Source of the DNA: Nitrospirota bacterium
GTDB lineage: Bacteria; Nitrospirota; UBA9217
Reading direction: 5' to 3'
Assembly (NCBI GenBank): GCA_963845065.1
Contig: CAWJQQ010000008.1
Location: 352,001-416,000 of the forward strand
DNA length: 64,000 bases
A program made the translations under genes and the position numbers. Positions 62,304 through 64,000 of the stretch are shown here, piece after piece. A model generated the notes under the pieces. It was not told the DNA's origin and searched no databases. It saw only the letters and a list, made by a program, of their open reading frames with translations. Position 1 is the stretch's first letter, and every line of letters starts with the position of its first letter.

Positions 62304-63407
62304 ATGGAAAATAAGATAAGAATCGGTATAAGTTCCTGTCTGCTTGGCAATAATGTTCGCTATGATGGCGGGAACAAGCTCGAATATTATCTGCGCGATA
62401 CACTTGGCCAGATTGTAGAATGGGTGCCGGTGTGCCCCGAGGTCGAGTCAGGCCTTACAGTACCGAGAGAGGCTATGCACTTGATCGGCGATCGAGATAT
62501 ACCGAGGCTTGTGACGATCCTAACTGGAATCGATCACACGGAGCGGCTGACGCAATGGGCCCGGGGTAAACTCGCAGAGCTTTCGCACCTTGACCTTTGT
62601 GGATTCGTTTTCAAGGCACGGTCGCCGAGCTGCGGTGTCCGTGATGCAGAGATTGTCACCCCTTCTAGTAGTACAGCCGGTAAGCGAGCGGGCCTGTTCG
62701 CCGCAGCGATAATGAAATACTTCCCAGACCTTCCAGTCGAAGATGAAGAGAGGTTCCTGGACGCTGCATTCAGAGAGAGTTTTATTCTTCTGCGCCGTAA
62801 AACTCCGTCTCTTCAGGGAGGGGATATCAGGCGCTGGTTGCGAAGCGGCCAGAGAAGCATCGTTTAGTAAATGATGTTTTGGCAATAGATTGACAATCGA
62901 TCGTCCACCTATCTGATTTAATTACCCGGGCTTCCTGGCTTTTCTGCAGCTAAGCTTTGGAACACCACCGTGTGGCATACCAAGGAAGCCTGGACCACCG
63001 CAAGAAAAAATCCTTTTCTACTCCGAGCTTGATATCGCTATTAAACAAGGGTATCTTCTCTGGTGTTGCCGACTGCACTCACAAAGCGCAGAGGCAGTTC
63101 TGGAAGAGCTTTGGCAGTCATATAAATCATGGTTCGCACTCCGTCTTAAAAGGTATCTCCCGGAGCAAATAGGTGACTCTTGGAATAGTGGCTGTTTGGC
63201 ACAGCCGTCGGCCAACCGGTTCACCTGAGAAAAAATCAGGCCAGTACCATCAGCCCACGAGTCGGGAACATGGCAAACATCTCCGCAGCATCCGAAAACA
63301 GGATCAGCAGTGGTTCTCAGTAGCAATAGGGCCTGATTCGGGAATCCAAGGCCTTAAAAGCAGGAGAGGATGTCAATAAAGGGTTTTTTGCTTATCAACG
63401 GCATTAA
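62304..63407 (+). pseudogene. DUF523 (2-thiouracil desulfurase-like) gene interrupted near its 3' end
   Basis: GISSCLLG..VRYDG, VCPEVE.GL.VPRE, SPSCG; removing 62786-63376 restores ...RESFIKGFFAYQRH*. Confidence 0.8.
62786..63376 (+). mobile_element. Non-autonomous IS200/IS605-family element with internally deleted tnpB
   Basis: Follows TTAT; left-end hairpin CCGTAAAACTCCGTCTCTTCAGGGAGGGGATAT; SAAKLWN, LHSQSAEAVLEEL and NSGCLAQP remnants; right end GGGAATCC...GAGGATGTCAA. Confidence 0.82.
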
Positions 63408-63473
63408 ATTGCTTTTCATAATGGTTGACGGTATAATAATTTTAAAAAAATAATAGCAGATTGAGAGGACTTC

Positions 63474-64000
63474 ATGCTCGAACGTATTCAGAAAATCATT
63501 TCTGCAGCAGGCATAACTTCCCGCCGTGCGGCAGAACGGCTCATCCTTGATGGCAGAGTGCGTGTGAACGGCCAGGTGGTGACCGAGCTAGGTACCAAGG
63601 CGGACGCATCAAAGGACCATATCAAAGTCGATGGTAAATTGATCAATCCTAAACAGCCATTGGTCTATGTCATGCTAAACAAACCAGCGGGCTATGTCAC
63701 GACCATGGCAGACCCCGAAGGTAGGCCAACGGTGCTCAATTTACTCAAGGGATTAAAGGCCCGCGTATATCCGGTGGGGCGGTTGGATTACAACACCGAA
63801 GGACTGCTGCTCCTTACTAATGATGGGGATTTCGCGCACCTTATCACCCACCCCAAACATGAATTCCCCAAGACCTACCGTGCAAAGGTCAAAGGCGTTC
63901 TCGAAGATCATCAGATCGAGCAGCTCGAGAACGGCATCTACCTGGATGATGGAAAGACCGCACCGGCAAGGCTCAAGAAGGTAAGCAAGGAAGAAACAAA
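63474..64000 (+). CDS. rluB: RsuA/RluB-family pseudouridine synthase, runs off the window
   Basis: MLERIQKIISAAGITSRRAAE S4 domain, LNKPAGYV, PVGRLDYNTEGLLLLTNDG. Confidence 0.88.
   Translation, partial: MLERIQKIISAAGITSRRAAERLILDGRVRVNGQVVTELGTKADASKDHIKVDGKLINPKQPLVYVMLNKPAGYVTTMADPEGRPTVLNLLKGLKARVYPVGRLDYNTEGLLLLTNDGDFAHLITHPKHEFPKTYRAKVKGVLEDHQIEQLENGIYLDDGKTAPARLKKVSKEET

Noticed and set aside
62786..63376. IStron (group I intron-tnpB hybrid)
   Set aside because: Only ~150 nt lie between the left end and the tnpB remnant, and no group I core was recognisable.

Overview
A 64-kb bacterial chromosomal window, nearly all on the + strand. Gene content (pilMNOPQ, lptE, RRM protein next to rpsU, sigma54 promoters, Sec decoding) suggests a Gram-negative Nitrospirota or deltaproteobacterium-like organism; this is inference. 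In order it holds: (1) a partial sensor kinase, an HMA-like protein, exported MsrAB and a haloacid dehalogenase; (2) a 15-kb acetate uptake/activation region (satP, two acs, acuC/acuB-like, yjcH-actP, two DUF294 nucleotidyltransferase + exonuclease pairs with reciprocal decay, and an internally deleted third acs); (3) a UxxC DsbA-like selenoprotein missed by the ORF track, an atypical MauG/CcP-family diheme protein and an FdhE-like protein; (4) a fused, active-site-divergent transketolase + AhpD/CMD protein + form IV RuBisCO-like protein, followed by gap and a TauE transporter; (5) a Liv-type ABC transporter; (6) a candidate CxxC/RPP arrest-peptide uORF ahead of a His/Met-rich methyltransferase; (7) pilMNOPQ and sigma54-driven Ig-like lipoproteins; (8) an intact IS4-family element; (9) housekeeping genes (der, leuS, lptE, holA, rpsT, murJ, guaB, rluB), an Ogt selenoprotein (PUHR) and a 591-bp internally deleted tnpB element that interrupts a DUF523 gene. 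The best candidate for an undescribed system is the RLP-transketolase-AhpD(-gap-TauE) cluster, possibly a cupin-independent salvage route for SAM by-products. All family calls come from motif recognition; no database searches were run.
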